From Antedon mediterranea (Eukaryota > Animalia > Echinodermata), in the NCBI RefSeq assembly GCF_964355755.1, contig NC_092673.1:16861648-16925647 (forward strand): a DNA stretch of 64,000 nucleotides, written 5' to 3'. The notes below the pieces were generated by a model. The model saw only the letters and a program-made list of their open reading frames with translations, was not told the origin of the DNA and did no database searches. Made by a program: the position numbers and the translations under genes. This document shows, one piece after another, positions 52,516 through 64,000 of this stretch; positions within the stretch are counted from its first letter, which is position 1, and every line of letters begins with the position of its first letter.

Positions 52516-52620
52516 TCTGGTGACACTCTATTACATTCATATCTGGGGCGTGGAGACCCTACCTTAGAAATAGTGACGTGTCTCATTCAGCATGGGGTAC
52601 CAGTAGCATTGCAAAATAAG
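52516..52620 (+). CDS. ANK exon 9 (35 aa): SGDTLLHSYLGRGDPTLEIVTCLIQHGVPVALQNK
   Basis: AG/GT sites, phase 0-0; not in the ORF track. Confidence 0.88.
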
Positions 52621-53444
52621 GTAAATGTACAGGGATTTGCTAGTGTAATAGGCTAACATTATATAGATCTGCTGAAGTAAACCATTTAATGAGAGAAAAA
52701 AGTAAACACATTAACAAAAATCAAATTTGATTAAAACAAACCAAATAAAAATAATAACTAAATAGTTATATATGATTTATGATAACTGATTTAAAGTGTA
52801 CAGTTATCATATAACATAAATCTTTAATTTTCTTAATGAACAAAAAAATCTATTTTTAAAATATATTCAGTTATTAATTAACAATTATTGACAATGGTCT
52901 AATTAATTGTAAATATGAAATAAATGCGATAACTACTAAACAACTAAAAATGTTTATTAAAAAAATTAATACAATCTGATTTTAATAAAAAATAATTATT
53001 AATTAAAAACCTGCTCCCTCCCTTACCTTACAAAAAATGCTTCTGTCAGACTATCCAGCTAATTATGAAAATGGCCTTAAAGAAATCCTTTTCCAACCTA
53101 GGATCTTTTTGTGCAAACATTTTGCCACAAAATGAAAAGAAATGTAAACAATGTTTTGTTAGTTTTCAAAATCTAAATTGTTTGAGTAATGCAATTTAAA
53201 AAAGAAAGGTAATATGAAATTATTCTTTTCAAACTGAATGCTTTTAAGAAAAGTTCCGTCTCTTATCTTATGACTTTTTTGGAAAAATGATTTCTCGTTA
53301 AAATATAATATACTAGTAAGTGCTCACAGATGCTTTTTGAATACATGAACTTTGGTAAATAACTGAAAATTGCACTGTACACAAGGCAAATAAATACAGA
53401 TATGATGGAATTTATGTAGTCAAATATAATTGTCATCTTGAGAA

Positions 53445-54719
53445 TCTATATATAAATTTACGTAAGGGCAAAATTCGGTAAATCGCGCCTTACTTCTAGA
53501 ATTTTTACTCGATGGTATATAAAGTTGGTTCGTACTTTCGGTACTGATTTTAACCACCTGATGTAACCCTGTTTACTAATTAAATTAAGTTAGATAATTA
53601 GTTATTGACGATTTAAACGAATTTAGGTTCAACGATTTGCCCCAAATAGGGGTGTTTTCCGATCGGGGTATACACTGTCTAATGGATGTCCATCTTGATA
53701 AATACCCGCCACAAAAATGCGAGGAGGCTTCGCATTTTCCTATCTCCTCCTACGATAATTGTTTTTAATAGCTGAAAACTGGTTGAACAGCTAGAGTACA
53801 GCATCATAATGTTGAAGACAGGCCGATTTTCTTTAAAAAATACTATTTTGATAGATTTAATATACGATTATACAAATGTATTGATTTGCGATGAATGGAA
53901 CATCCCAATCTCTCAGTCTGCCAGAGTTTGGTTTAACACAAGTAGGTAGATTTATGAGCCCTTGGTTTAACACATACGGTAGGTAAATATATGGGCCCTT
54001 TGAGAATAAACTTGAGCAATACTGTAAATACCTATTAACTATTTTTTTTTTTTTTTTTCTTACTGTGAATGTTCGTACTGTTGGATGTAATATAAAAATA
54101 TATACAAATAAACGTTATTACTGAGATTGTGGATAGGCTCTACTGTTAGATATATAAACACATTATTATATACACATAAACTTTATACTGACAGTTCTTT
54201 CTCAACGTTTGTATTAATTAATAATTACCAACAATATAAACGTCGTAGTGGTGTATCGTGACATGTACTTTAATATTTCAATCGATTATGACAGTGACAG
54301 TTTTAACAAAGTATTAAATCGCAAATGTTTTACTGTATTTAGAGGTATATTATTTATAGGCGTATAAAACATGAAAAAAATATTTCGTTACTGAGTGGAT
54401 AAAGAATATATTTAAAAATTGTTCCTCTTTGCACCTATCCGCTTTCCCATCCCTCAACCCTAATGTTACATAAAAAACACAAATTGGGTTTCTTTAAATG
54501 AGTCCAAATCAAAAATTTGGACTCATTTTGTGATAAGTTTCTCCTTCGGAAGTAATTCCCAGGGTGCTAATTTTAGTTGACTACATAAATCATTGTGTCT
54601 ATTTATACGTTTCTGTATACGACAATTATAGTATTATAGTCCTGCGGAACGTACTTTGAAATCGCCAGTTTTGTTACGCTGAAGTTTCTGTGTATTCGAG
54701 AACCATCTGTACCATCTAG
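53445..54719 (+). mobile_element. Non-autonomous Helitron
   Basis: 5' TC and 3' CTAG, inserted between A and T of GAGAA|TTACC with no TSD; the site is empty in other units. Confidence 0.85.
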
Positions 54720-55325
54720 TTACCTTAATTTTGTTTATTATATGGTATTGTTCACCAGTTCCTGTCTTGGTACATTTGATGATGGGATGGTATGGCTTCA
54801 TGATATGATATGATCTTCATCGAGGCAAATGATAAATTTGTTTTGATCGTCAATATAGTACACTGGTTTTCATTAGGTGTTAAAAATTAGTACCGAAAGT
54901 ATGTACCAACTTTCTCTACCATTGGGTAAAAATTATAGAAGTTGCACTTAATTTACTGAAATTTAATTCCCATTACGTAAATTTATATATAAATTCATTA
55001 AACTGCTTATTGGCCTCATATTTTTAATATCTGAACATTTGTTTGTACAATTTTATGCAATATGTATTTTATAACGTTCAAATTTTGTGATTGATATTGT
55101 ACAGTAATTAGATTTTGATGATTACTTACATTAAGTAATAGGCTAACAATCACTAGATCTGATCCATGGTAATATATTATATTTTGTTTTCATTTATCAA
55201 TAATGATAATTAGGATTTTATCACTTTATTTAGCAGTAATTGTTGTTGTTTGTATTAACATAAAAAACAATTTCACATAATGTCTGTTGTCAGTATTTAT
55301 AAACTTCATTATGATTCCTTTCCAG

Positions 55326-55361
55326 AATGGTGACACTCTATTACATTTATATGTGAGGAGT
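55326..55361 (+). pseudogene. Truncated ANK exon 10 (NGDTLLHLYVRS)
   Basis: Intact acceptor, then a deletion junction into intron sequence; a further remnant with only the donor end lies at ~55786-55820. Confidence 0.7.
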
Positions 55362-56997
55362 TTTCATTGGGTGTTAAAAATCAGTACCGAAAGTATTTAC
55401 CAACTTTCTCTACCATTGAGTAAAAAATTCTAGAAGTTGCACTTAATTTACTGAAATTTCCCATTGCCTAAAATTCATTAAACTGTTTATTGGCCTCATA
55501 TTTTTATTTGCTGAACATTTGTTTGTACAATTTTATGAAATATGTATTTTATTAATGTTCAAATTTTGTGATTGATATTGTACAGTAAGTAGATTTTAAT
55601 GATTACTTACATTAAGTAAATAACAATCACTAGATCTGCTCAATGCTAAGATATTCTATTTTGTTCTCATTTATCAATAGTCGACAATTATGATTATTGA
55701 CCACATTATTTAGCAGTAATTTTTGCTATGGTTTGGGTTGACAAAGAAAACCCAAATTCACATAATGTTTGTTGTCAGTATTATACACCAGCAACATTGC
55801 AAATAAGGTAATGTACAGGGATTATACAGGGATATTTCATTTGTTTCTGGATAGTATCCAAATATTATTTGCTTTGAAAGTTTATATTAAAACTATTTGT
55901 TGTTTTATATTATGGCTCAAACATTTTAACACATCTACCTACTGTTCCAAAGTAAACTTTTATTCAATTTATCTCTCTCTCTCTCTTCCATCTTTCAATG
56001 TTGAAGGAGGTAGGCTTAAACAGTAACACTCAAGTTTTTGTTTGGATACAGGAGTTATAATTGGCGCACTGTACAAGTTGATGTCATTTATTGGCAAATA
56101 GTAATTTCTATTCACGTCCTAATTTATGTTAAAAAATAGTAAATCTATGTGTTATCACGTGATGCTCTTTCATCCAATCTCTAGATGGTAAATGTTTGAG
56201 CCATGACATAATACTGTATGTATGTGATGCGTAATTAAAGTGTGTTATATTGTATATCAATAATTTCTCAAAACTACTAATAACTAAACCCATTTTTTTA
56301 ATAGGATGGAAATACACCTGTCTCAGTTTTAGAAAATAACGGGTGGATAAGGGACCAGGGTAAAACTGAAATTTTAAACTTCTTTAAAAGTAAGTGAAAT
56401 TTTAATTATTAAAATTTTGGAATCAACTAGTTTTCATTACAAACGATAAAGATTTGATTTCTTGTCCCAAATGAAGAAGAATGCCCATATCAAAACTAGA
56501 AAATTAGCATTTATGATATCATTCACATGTTCAGATGGCAATAGATTAAATAATCCACTGGGATTGTAGTATACATGGAAGTTGTGATATGTTGCAAGAT
56601 GTAAAAACCTTATTTTTTATGATTTGAAAATTGCAAATAAATTAGAAAAATTATTTTGCCATTACGATAAAAATACACAAAAATGCAAACTTTAAAATTC
56701 CTTTGAATTAACAATATTGAATAAATTAGGCCACACTTTTTTTTTTATGGAACGTCATTTTTCACATCAAATCAATCTCTTTATTCATCAATACATCAAA
56801 ACAATTATACATAAACAAAATAAAGATGTGAAGATGAAAGGGACCTCCAAGAAACCCAAAGGGACTTGTGATACAAGGCCCACTATAAGCTAGTTACAAA
56901 AAAGACATACAAAAAATAAATTAATAAAATTAATAAAAAATCCAGTATAGACAAATACACGGGATGCGCATTGTTAAGGAATATTTGAACTTTATTA

Positions 56998-57846
56998 CCG
57001 TATATTTCGGTGTATAAGTCGCACTTTTGACACGCAAATTTGACCTCCAAATTAAGGGTGCGTCTTATACACCGAACATATGCCTCACCACACAGATTGT
57101 ACATAAGGCCTAGGCTATCGTCACCTCGTTTGCTAGGCCTGAGTAGGCTAGGCCTATAGCTACAGTAACTAACTAACGTAACGGCAACCTGCTTCTGCCT
57201 AGGCCTAGTTTTCAAGTCATTTTAGCATGATGTTATACTAAATATGATGAAAAGATTTGTTCATTATGGCGCTCCGATAAAATTTCATTTGTAAACGTTT
57301 ACGTCGTACGATTGGAATAGTATTTATTTATACAGTAGTTATACGCACGATCGCCGTACCCCAAGCGCGAGCCCTTCTTTTGGTGGCACATGGTGTGCGG
57401 TATTCGACTAGTATATTCTCCAGGTGATTATAGCATGGACCTAGCGTACACACTTCTCGGATACATAGATACTAATCGAATACGATTGTCTGTGAAAACG
57501 TGCGCCCTCTCGAAATGATCGAGCGAGGCTAGCCCACACACGTGCGTGTTACACACACGGTCATGCACTCGATGTTGCGGCGAAACTCATGAATAACAAG
57601 TGAGAAAGAACTTGTTGAGGCTGGGCGCGGCCGAGCCTAGGTAAGAAAAAACCTAAATAAAGGACGCCGTTGTAGATATAACAAAATATATTATCACAAT
57701 AATATTGATTACAATTTAAAAAAACATTGTTTTGATGAAATATAAGGTGCGTCTTATACATCGACGATATAAAAAATACCGATATTTTACTCTCAGTTGG
57801 GGGTGCGTCTTATACACAGGTGCGACTTATACACCGAAATATACGG
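56998..57846. mobile_element. Tc1/mariner(pogo)-type MITE, TA TSD
   Basis: Same TIRs and body as 50446-52060, without the nested insert. Confidence 0.88.
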
Positions 57847-58619
57847 TAATTGCATATAAATGTAAATGTATATTTTTTTTTTAATGTAATCTATTTTATA
57901 TATACCGTAATGGTAATATTTAAAATATGTATTCGCAATCGAGGCAAACAATTTACGATAGGAGGAGATAAATATTGAATTTAACAAGGCCATATAGATG
58001 GCTGCAGTCGCTTGCTCAAGTTAGTGTTTACCAACCGACCGACATTGTGAGTTGTAGAGTGGCGTTGCACATGACTAAAAATCTAATTTTCTTGTTAATC
58101 CCATTTTTTGTTTCCACAATGAATGAATTTTCTTCACATACTTTTAAGCCAGATTAAGAATACTATTTCTCTGTATGTAAAATTAAGCATCATACATAAT
58201 GTATTTTACCTTGGCTCCTATAATTGTATTATCTTACGACTTACCTCCCATGCAAATAGGCACAAAATAATAAGTAATATTTGAGCATAAACGCTTAAAT
58301 AATTGTAAAAGTTGTTATAAATTAATGAGCTTTCAGTAGAGTACTTACACACAGAATAATAGAATATAAAGTTTTATACTTATAAGGTTTCCTTCCACAC
58401 ATACTATGTTTTATTAATTATTATCTTACATGTTTATATAATTATTATTATATGTATTTTTAATATGTGTGGAGAATATTTATTCAATATCTATTGAATA
58501 TTGCATAAACAAATTGAATTGAATTGCAAATATTTATCCTTGGCTTGGTGTAGGCCTACTAAAAAAGGTTGAGAATACAGAACCAAAACTGATAGTAATG
58601 TATGACAAAGTGAACAAAC

Positions 58620-59640
58620 TTTTATAGTCTAAGGAACTTTCTTAGCCAATACATACAAGATTAAACCATTAGGTAAGAGTTCAAAATCTATTTCAAAGAC
58701 CCATCCCTATAATTTTCGACTTTTTGTAAAAATAATGCAATATTACTTTAAAAACATTAAACCAGGTTATTCCTTGTCTTAGATGTACGTTTTATGGTAA
58801 ATTATGATAAAATGAAAGAAACAATGCACTACCTAAGTAGCTCGCAGTTTATTTATTATTATAAAGTTGATTAAAATCATTAATAAACTTATATTAGTTT
58901 TCAACTTTCTGATCGTACCAGACGTAGCCATAGCCAGTGGAACAAAGCAAATCATTAACTTGTTTAGCCCAACAATGTTCATTTCTATTAGTTTTTCTTA
59001 GTTGAAACATGTAACGTTTAAAAGGAAATCTATTTTGATCCATTTCAATGATTTGTAACCAATAATGAATAATAGAAATAAAGCAATCAATGTTTAAGGA
59101 TAGTCTGCCTAATTCTGATTTGACAGCCACGCTGGATGCGCTGTTTCCAATGCCTAAAATAAATCTTGAAAAACGTGTCCGTAAATGATCAATTGGTGAT
59201 AAATTCGAAAATCCCCATGTCTCCCGTAAATTAAAATTGGTAAAACTTTGTCAAAAATGTGTTTCCATATATTCTCTGGTAGGTATTTTGTTTTGCTATT
59301 AATTGATTGTAAATAGTTACCATACGTTGTTTGCTTTTTGACAATTGTGTTCAATTGTGTTATTCCACTGACCATTTGAATTGAAAACCACTTCCAAGTA
59401 AGTATACGATTTAACAACTTCCATTTTAATGTTTATGTAATACCATTTTTCATATTTCCTTAATTTTTCACCTTTTTTAAATACCATTATTTTTTATTTG
59501 TTTACATTTACACTAAGACCCCATATGTCACAAAATATTTCCAATATAATTATTAAATTTTGTAAGCCTTTACTGTGTCTGCAAATAGTAATAAATCAGC
59601 AGCATATAGCAGATGGTTTATAAAGCAATCCGGCTCGAGT
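58620..59640 (-). pseudogene. Decayed non-LTR retrotransposon RT/C-terminal fragment
   Basis: LYAADLLLFADTVK (degenerate YADD), IFDKVLPILIYG and AVKSELGR...IIHYW motifs, with frameshifts. Boundaries approximate. Confidence 0.75.
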
Positions 59641-60215
59641 TATCTTTATTGTGTTTTGACAAACAGGTATAAAAACAAAATTGATTTCTGGTCATAAAAC
59701 AGAATATAAATAAAAACATTCAAAAAGTTCAAAGCATATTGAAAACTTACGATAGATGTTTTTAATCGCATTTCCTACTGCCTAATTCTGAATCATACCA
59801 GTTATTCATTTCAGAATTACTTTATTTGCACTTTACCCATTGAAACCATGCTAATCAACCATATGTTGCTATAATTTCAACGATTTAGATTCAGGATCGC
59901 TGTCAAAAAATGTTGCATTTACGTCTATATGTTTGGATGAGTTTGAGTTCCACAATTTTTTTTGGACATAATTTAAATTAATAACTGTAGTTGTTAACTG
60001 TATACATTGTAGTTAAAAATATACATTATTATTATAGTATATTTAGAATGAATGATTGCTTGTACACAGTCACCCACAAGTGTTTGTAAGGCTTTGTATC
60101 ACACAGAGCCTTATATAACCTTATACCATTGAAAAAAAAAAGCTATGACTTTTAATATAGTGTTTTTTATGAAAATATATAATATGTAATATTTTTGTTT
60201 TGTGCATTTTTTTAG

Positions 60216-60308
60216 ATTTACCAAGTACTGTTGATGAGCAATTTCAAACACAATTTCAGAAACAGACAAGTGACGAACAGAAAACAAAACTTCTTAAGCC
60301 AGAGAGTG
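60216..60308 (+). CDS. Linker exon (phase 1-1): (D)LPSTVDEQFQTQFQKQTSDEQKTKLLKPES
   Basis: TTTTTTTAG acceptor, G|GTAAGT donor, open frame, phase-compatible with the next exon. Confidence 0.7.
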
Positions 60309-60559
60309 GTAAGTTTAAGAATAAGAGCTGCTGTATGTTTTATGATTGTATCTATATATAATTTAACAGAATTGTGATTAAAATGGGATTTCAGTAAAGA
60401 GAGAATTAGACGCTAATGTTATTTAAAAAATCATTTCTGAGCAGTACTGTAAAAAGGCGAAAAAGGGTGCAACTGATAACAAATAACAAATGGAGAGATT
60501 TTATTTATCATAAATAACAGTTGATTGTTTCCATTTAAAATACTGTAATAATGGAATGA

Positions 60560-61385
60560 AGCTAGTTTGCAGATTTATGTGGCATGCTTGCTTGATTTTT
60601 GCTTGATTGTTGATTTTTAGGTTATAATTATGCATTATCATGCGATCACGCGATCTACGCGCGATTTAATGAAATCACGTTTGTAATCTTCACAAGCATG
60701 AATCACTTTTTTAAACAAAATTTGGTACTCATAAATTTCAGGTCATTATTTCATCATATGACAATACAATTACGTGCGTAGCGCATATAACGCATGCGTA
60801 CGCGCGCTTAAAATTTCCAAAATCGTCAACATTTATTTTCGATGAAATTAGACACTGCTTGTTAAACGTTAATGCGCACTCTTTTTTGTCCGATTTCTGT
60901 TGTACAACCTTTCTTTATATAATATCATCATATTTTATTCACTTTTCAACTCGAATTTGCGTTTTCTTACGAGCATGTCAAAAGTGACAGGCTACGCACG
61001 TGTAAGTTAACAAAATGGTGAAAATATGCTAAATTTAAAAAATAATATAGATCGTAAGAATGCTCGGGAACACATATTTTTTATTTCATTTTCTTGAAGT
61101 GTATGTATCATATGTATGATTTATTATGAAATTAAGAGTACAAAAGTTGATAAAGTCATCATTAATTGCATTTTAAATTAAAAAAAATTTATTTCGACAA
61201 TCAAAAATTTATGACATTTTCTTAGGCCGAAATAACAAACTTTAACTTTCTTCCTTCAAAATAAAAGTTCATATATTAAAGTTAAAAGTATATAGAATAC
61301 AATGTGGTTAATGATATTATACGCAGAGGGATCTTTAATCGGATTGTGATACCGGCTATTGTATTCGCGTTAGCAAGATCCTATA
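60560..61385 (+). mobile_element. Degenerate HINE-like repeat
   Basis: Internal blocks (CGCGCTTAAAATTTCCAAAATCG) resemble the reverse complement of the HINE array core; ends unclear. Confidence 0.35.
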
Positions 61386-61548
61386 TTATAAATAATTAAA
61401 GATTCTGAGAAAATCAATCAATCAATATATCTTTTAAAAATCAATTATCTTTATTTAAATCAATGCATATAACCTAATTCTAGTTTTTTTTTACTTTATT
61501 TACTCCAGATGTTTAAAAAATCTATTAAAATCTTGATTCAATTTTCAG

Positions 61549-61696
61549 ATATTGCTGCACGTGAATTAGATTTTCAGAAAGCATACAATGAAGCCTTGAA
61601 AGATGGATCCGTTCCAGTCAATCTTGGAATGCTTAAAGTGATTGGGCAAGAAGGAGTGGGTAAAACATGCCTCATCAATGCATGTCTTGGAAAAGA
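61549..61696 (+). CDS. Roc-type GTPase exon with P-loop GQEGVGKT
   Basis: TTTTCAG acceptor, GA|GTAAGT donor. AYNEALKDGSVPV...LKVIGQEGVGKTCLINACLG is a typical pre-Roc helix plus G1. Confidence 0.88.
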
Positions 61697-62099
61697 GTAA
61701 GTAGTAGTAGTAGGACAGTGAAATGAACATTACAAAATATTTGTGAGTCAACTAAGAATTACAAACCAGCCAACTTTATTGATTTGTTTTTGATAAACTA
61801 CCACTTTTTAAATATTGCAGTGATAGATAACAATAGTTGAATAAAAACGTCTATAAATATATAAATCGGTTTCTACATTAATCATAACACCATCAAATTT
61901 TCTATTGATTATAGAATTTACTTTTAGGCTTGTATTTAAAAAAAAGATCATACGAATGGTCGGATAACTTGACTTCCTAAATGTATAATTAATGAATATA
62001 TTAAAATGGTTTTGAAGTAAAAGGAGAAAAGTGCATGTTTTACAATACCTGTACTTAAAATGACTGAAGTTCATAATTGGTTTCAAATATTTTTGCCAG

Positions 62100-62185
62100 A
62101 TTTGAGGAAAAGCATGTAGTTACAGATGGCATAGCGGTAATAAGAACAGCAAGCACAACATGGACAGAGGCTAAAGCTGATAGTG
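62100..62185 (+). CDS. Roc exon with switch-I-like motif: (E)FEEKHVVTDGIAVIRTASTTWTEAKADS
   Basis: Phase 2 to phase 1, in frame with the previous exon; TDGI at the expected G2 spacing. Confidence 0.82.
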
Positions 62186-62518
62186 GTAAACATGAATACA
62201 TTTAGCATATTACTCTTCCCACCATCATACGTTATGTAACAATATTATCAATAATAATTATTATCATAGACACAGACAAGTTCACAATGAAATGGAGACA
62301 TAGAATTGAATTCAATGCATACAACTGTAGTATGTGTCACATACATTACAATTGTTACTCTATGATCCCTTTATAACGCGCAAGTTACTGTATGTTACAT
62401 TTTATGATGATGTACTGTAATTGTAATTTTACATTGACAGTGGTAAAATATCCAAAGTATAGTCACATATGAACGTATCTACTGAAATAATATGTACACA
62501 CTTTCTCTTTCTCTACAG

Positions 62519-62583
62519 GTAATACAATACAACAGTATACAAAAATGGTCACTGACAAATTGAGAAAAAAGAAAACTGTAAAC
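62519..62583 (+). CDS. Following exon: (G)NTIQQYTKMVTDKLRKKKTVN
   Basis: Strong polypyrimidine tract and CAG acceptor, GTATGT donor, phase 1 to 0, open frame. Confidence 0.72.
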
Positions 62584-62610
62584 GTATGTCAGTAATAGTG
62601 TAATGAAAAC

Positions 62611-62756
62611 GGGTCTAGGACAACTACCCCCTGGACAGCTACCACCCGGACAATCACCCTCCTAGGACAACTACCCTCTTAGGACAACTACCCTCTTAGG
62701 ACAATTACCCTCTTAGGACAATTACCCCTAGGACAACTACCCCCTAGGACAACTAC
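62611..62756. repeat. Minisatellite of GGACAA(C/T)TACCC(T)CTTA units, probably a TE end
   Basis: About 9 copies of a 14-17 bp unit. Confidence 0.75.
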
Positions 62757-63035
62757 TAACTTCAAAACATAGGGAGAGAGATTGATCTTAAATGAAAGAC
62801 TGTTTGATTGACTGGTGCAGCTAGGAAAACTGTATGTTCCTAGATTTATATACGGCATCTTCATGTCACACAAGAATAAAATAAGCCACCCCTTTATTTT
62901 TCAAGATTGGAATACATTTTAATAATTTTATCAATTCTCGTTTAATGTAAAATAACTGCTGACGATACGCATATTAAAAAATTGAAAAGCTTTCATATAA
63001 GATCAATCTCTCTCCCTCTGTTTTGAAGTTCAGTA
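62755..63035. repeat. ~45-bp inverted repeat pair (MITE-like)
   Basis: AACTTCAAAACATAGGGAGAGAGATTGATCTTA ... TAAGATCAATCTCTCTCCCTCTGTTTTGAAGTT. Confidence 0.6.
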
Positions 63036-63119
63036 AGTTTTACAAGATCGTAATTATAACCTACGGTGTAGGTGTCATGATATAGGTGTGGCTGTTCAGA
63101 GGGTGTTGTTTTCCTAGTA

Positions 63120-64000
63120 GACCGGCAGCCCAGAGACATTTGGTTAGATGAGCTAGGTACCAATATCTGACTATTTGAGTGTGTTGGGGGTCACTTGAAG
63201 TGAATGAAAATGGGAGTCTGCCGGGTACCCCCTGCTGCGTCTAGACCGGGGGGACCCCGAAACGTGCTAAAAAATCGGCACAGGTTAGATGAGAGAGATA
63301 CCACCTAATTTTACCACCATGGGATGCCCATTGGCATCCTTATAACAGTATCACAAACGACAGACTTTTTCTCTGCTGCAAAAGGCCCGCCAGACCCCCC
63401 GAGGGAGGGCCTAAAATGGGGTTAGCATAGATGAGTGAGGTACCACTCAAAATCAATTCCAAACGAACAAGTTGTGTTCATACAATACTAAATGGATAAC
63501 AACAGACTAATTGTCTGCTGCACCGCAAGTGCCAGACACCCTAAAGTTAGGCCCCCCTTCCCCCAACTAACCCAGCTTAGATATTGTAGATACCACCAGC
63601 AACCAATGTTATATGATTTAGCACATGTAGGCAATACCAAATGACCTATAATTACAGACTATCTGAACACTGCCCTGGCCCTGGCAGACCCCTCTAAAGT
63701 TAGACTAGAGACCCCTCTTTCCCCAACTAGCCCAGCTTAGATATTGTAGATACCACCAGCAACCAATGTTATATGATTTAGCACATTGTAAGCAATCACC
63801 AAATGACCTATTACAAACTATCTGTACACTGCCTTGGCCCTGGCAGACCCCTCTAAAGTTCGACTAGAGACTCCATTCCCCCAACTGGCCTAGCTTAGAT
63901 ATTGTAGATACCACCAGCAACCAATGTTATAATTATGATTTAGCACATTGTAAGCAATATCAAATGACCTATAACAGACTATCTGTACACTGCCTTGGCA
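63120..64000. repeat. ~140-160-bp tandem repeat running off the window end
   Basis: TTAGATATTGTAGATACCACCAGCAACCAATG at ~63577, 63737, 63895; diverged TAGATGAG..ACCA copies at ~63143, 63284, 63427. Confidence 0.75.

Larger units (their letters stand above)
33667..55830 (+). repeat. Tandem array of ~1.55-kb units, each one ankyrin exon plus intron
   Basis: The same intron blocks and exon recur about 10 times; exon spacing is 1534-1572 bp where no TE has inserted. Confidence 0.95.

Noticed and set aside
56052-56100. Candidate exon after TTTGGATACAG
   Set aside because: Immediate stop in phase 0, so it cannot follow the ANK exons; no supporting motif.
61509-61700. Naming the GTPase gene LRRK/DAPK/MFHAS1 or a small Ras-family gene
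   Set aside because: Only G1 and G2-like motifs are visible; G3-G5, COR and kinase domains are not in the window, so no symbol is given.

Overview
AT-rich metazoan genomic DNA with spliceosomal introns; it looks like a marine invertebrate, but the taxon is only inferred. Positions 1-33.7 kb are a pile of nested transposons: (1) an intact, young Ty3/Gypsy LTR retrotransposon (1-6247); (2) a 7.2-kb foldback element made almost entirely of ~3.5-kb inverted repeats, with a 6-bp TSD (10744-17990), plus part of a second copy; (3) a decayed RTE-like LINE; (4) a 13-kb same-orientation array of Helentron-type (HINE/DINE-1-like) elements. From 33.7 kb on is part of a + strand gene. Nine intact phase-0 exons each encode one ankyrin repeat within a ~1.55-kb tandem exon+intron unit. 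They vary mainly at ligand-facing positions and are followed by exons of a Roc-type GTPase (GQEGVGKT, TDGI), suggesting an ANK-ROCO gene. Each ANK intron carries a Helitron relic, and several MITEs sit in the introns. All coordinates and comparisons were made by eye; no database searches were run.
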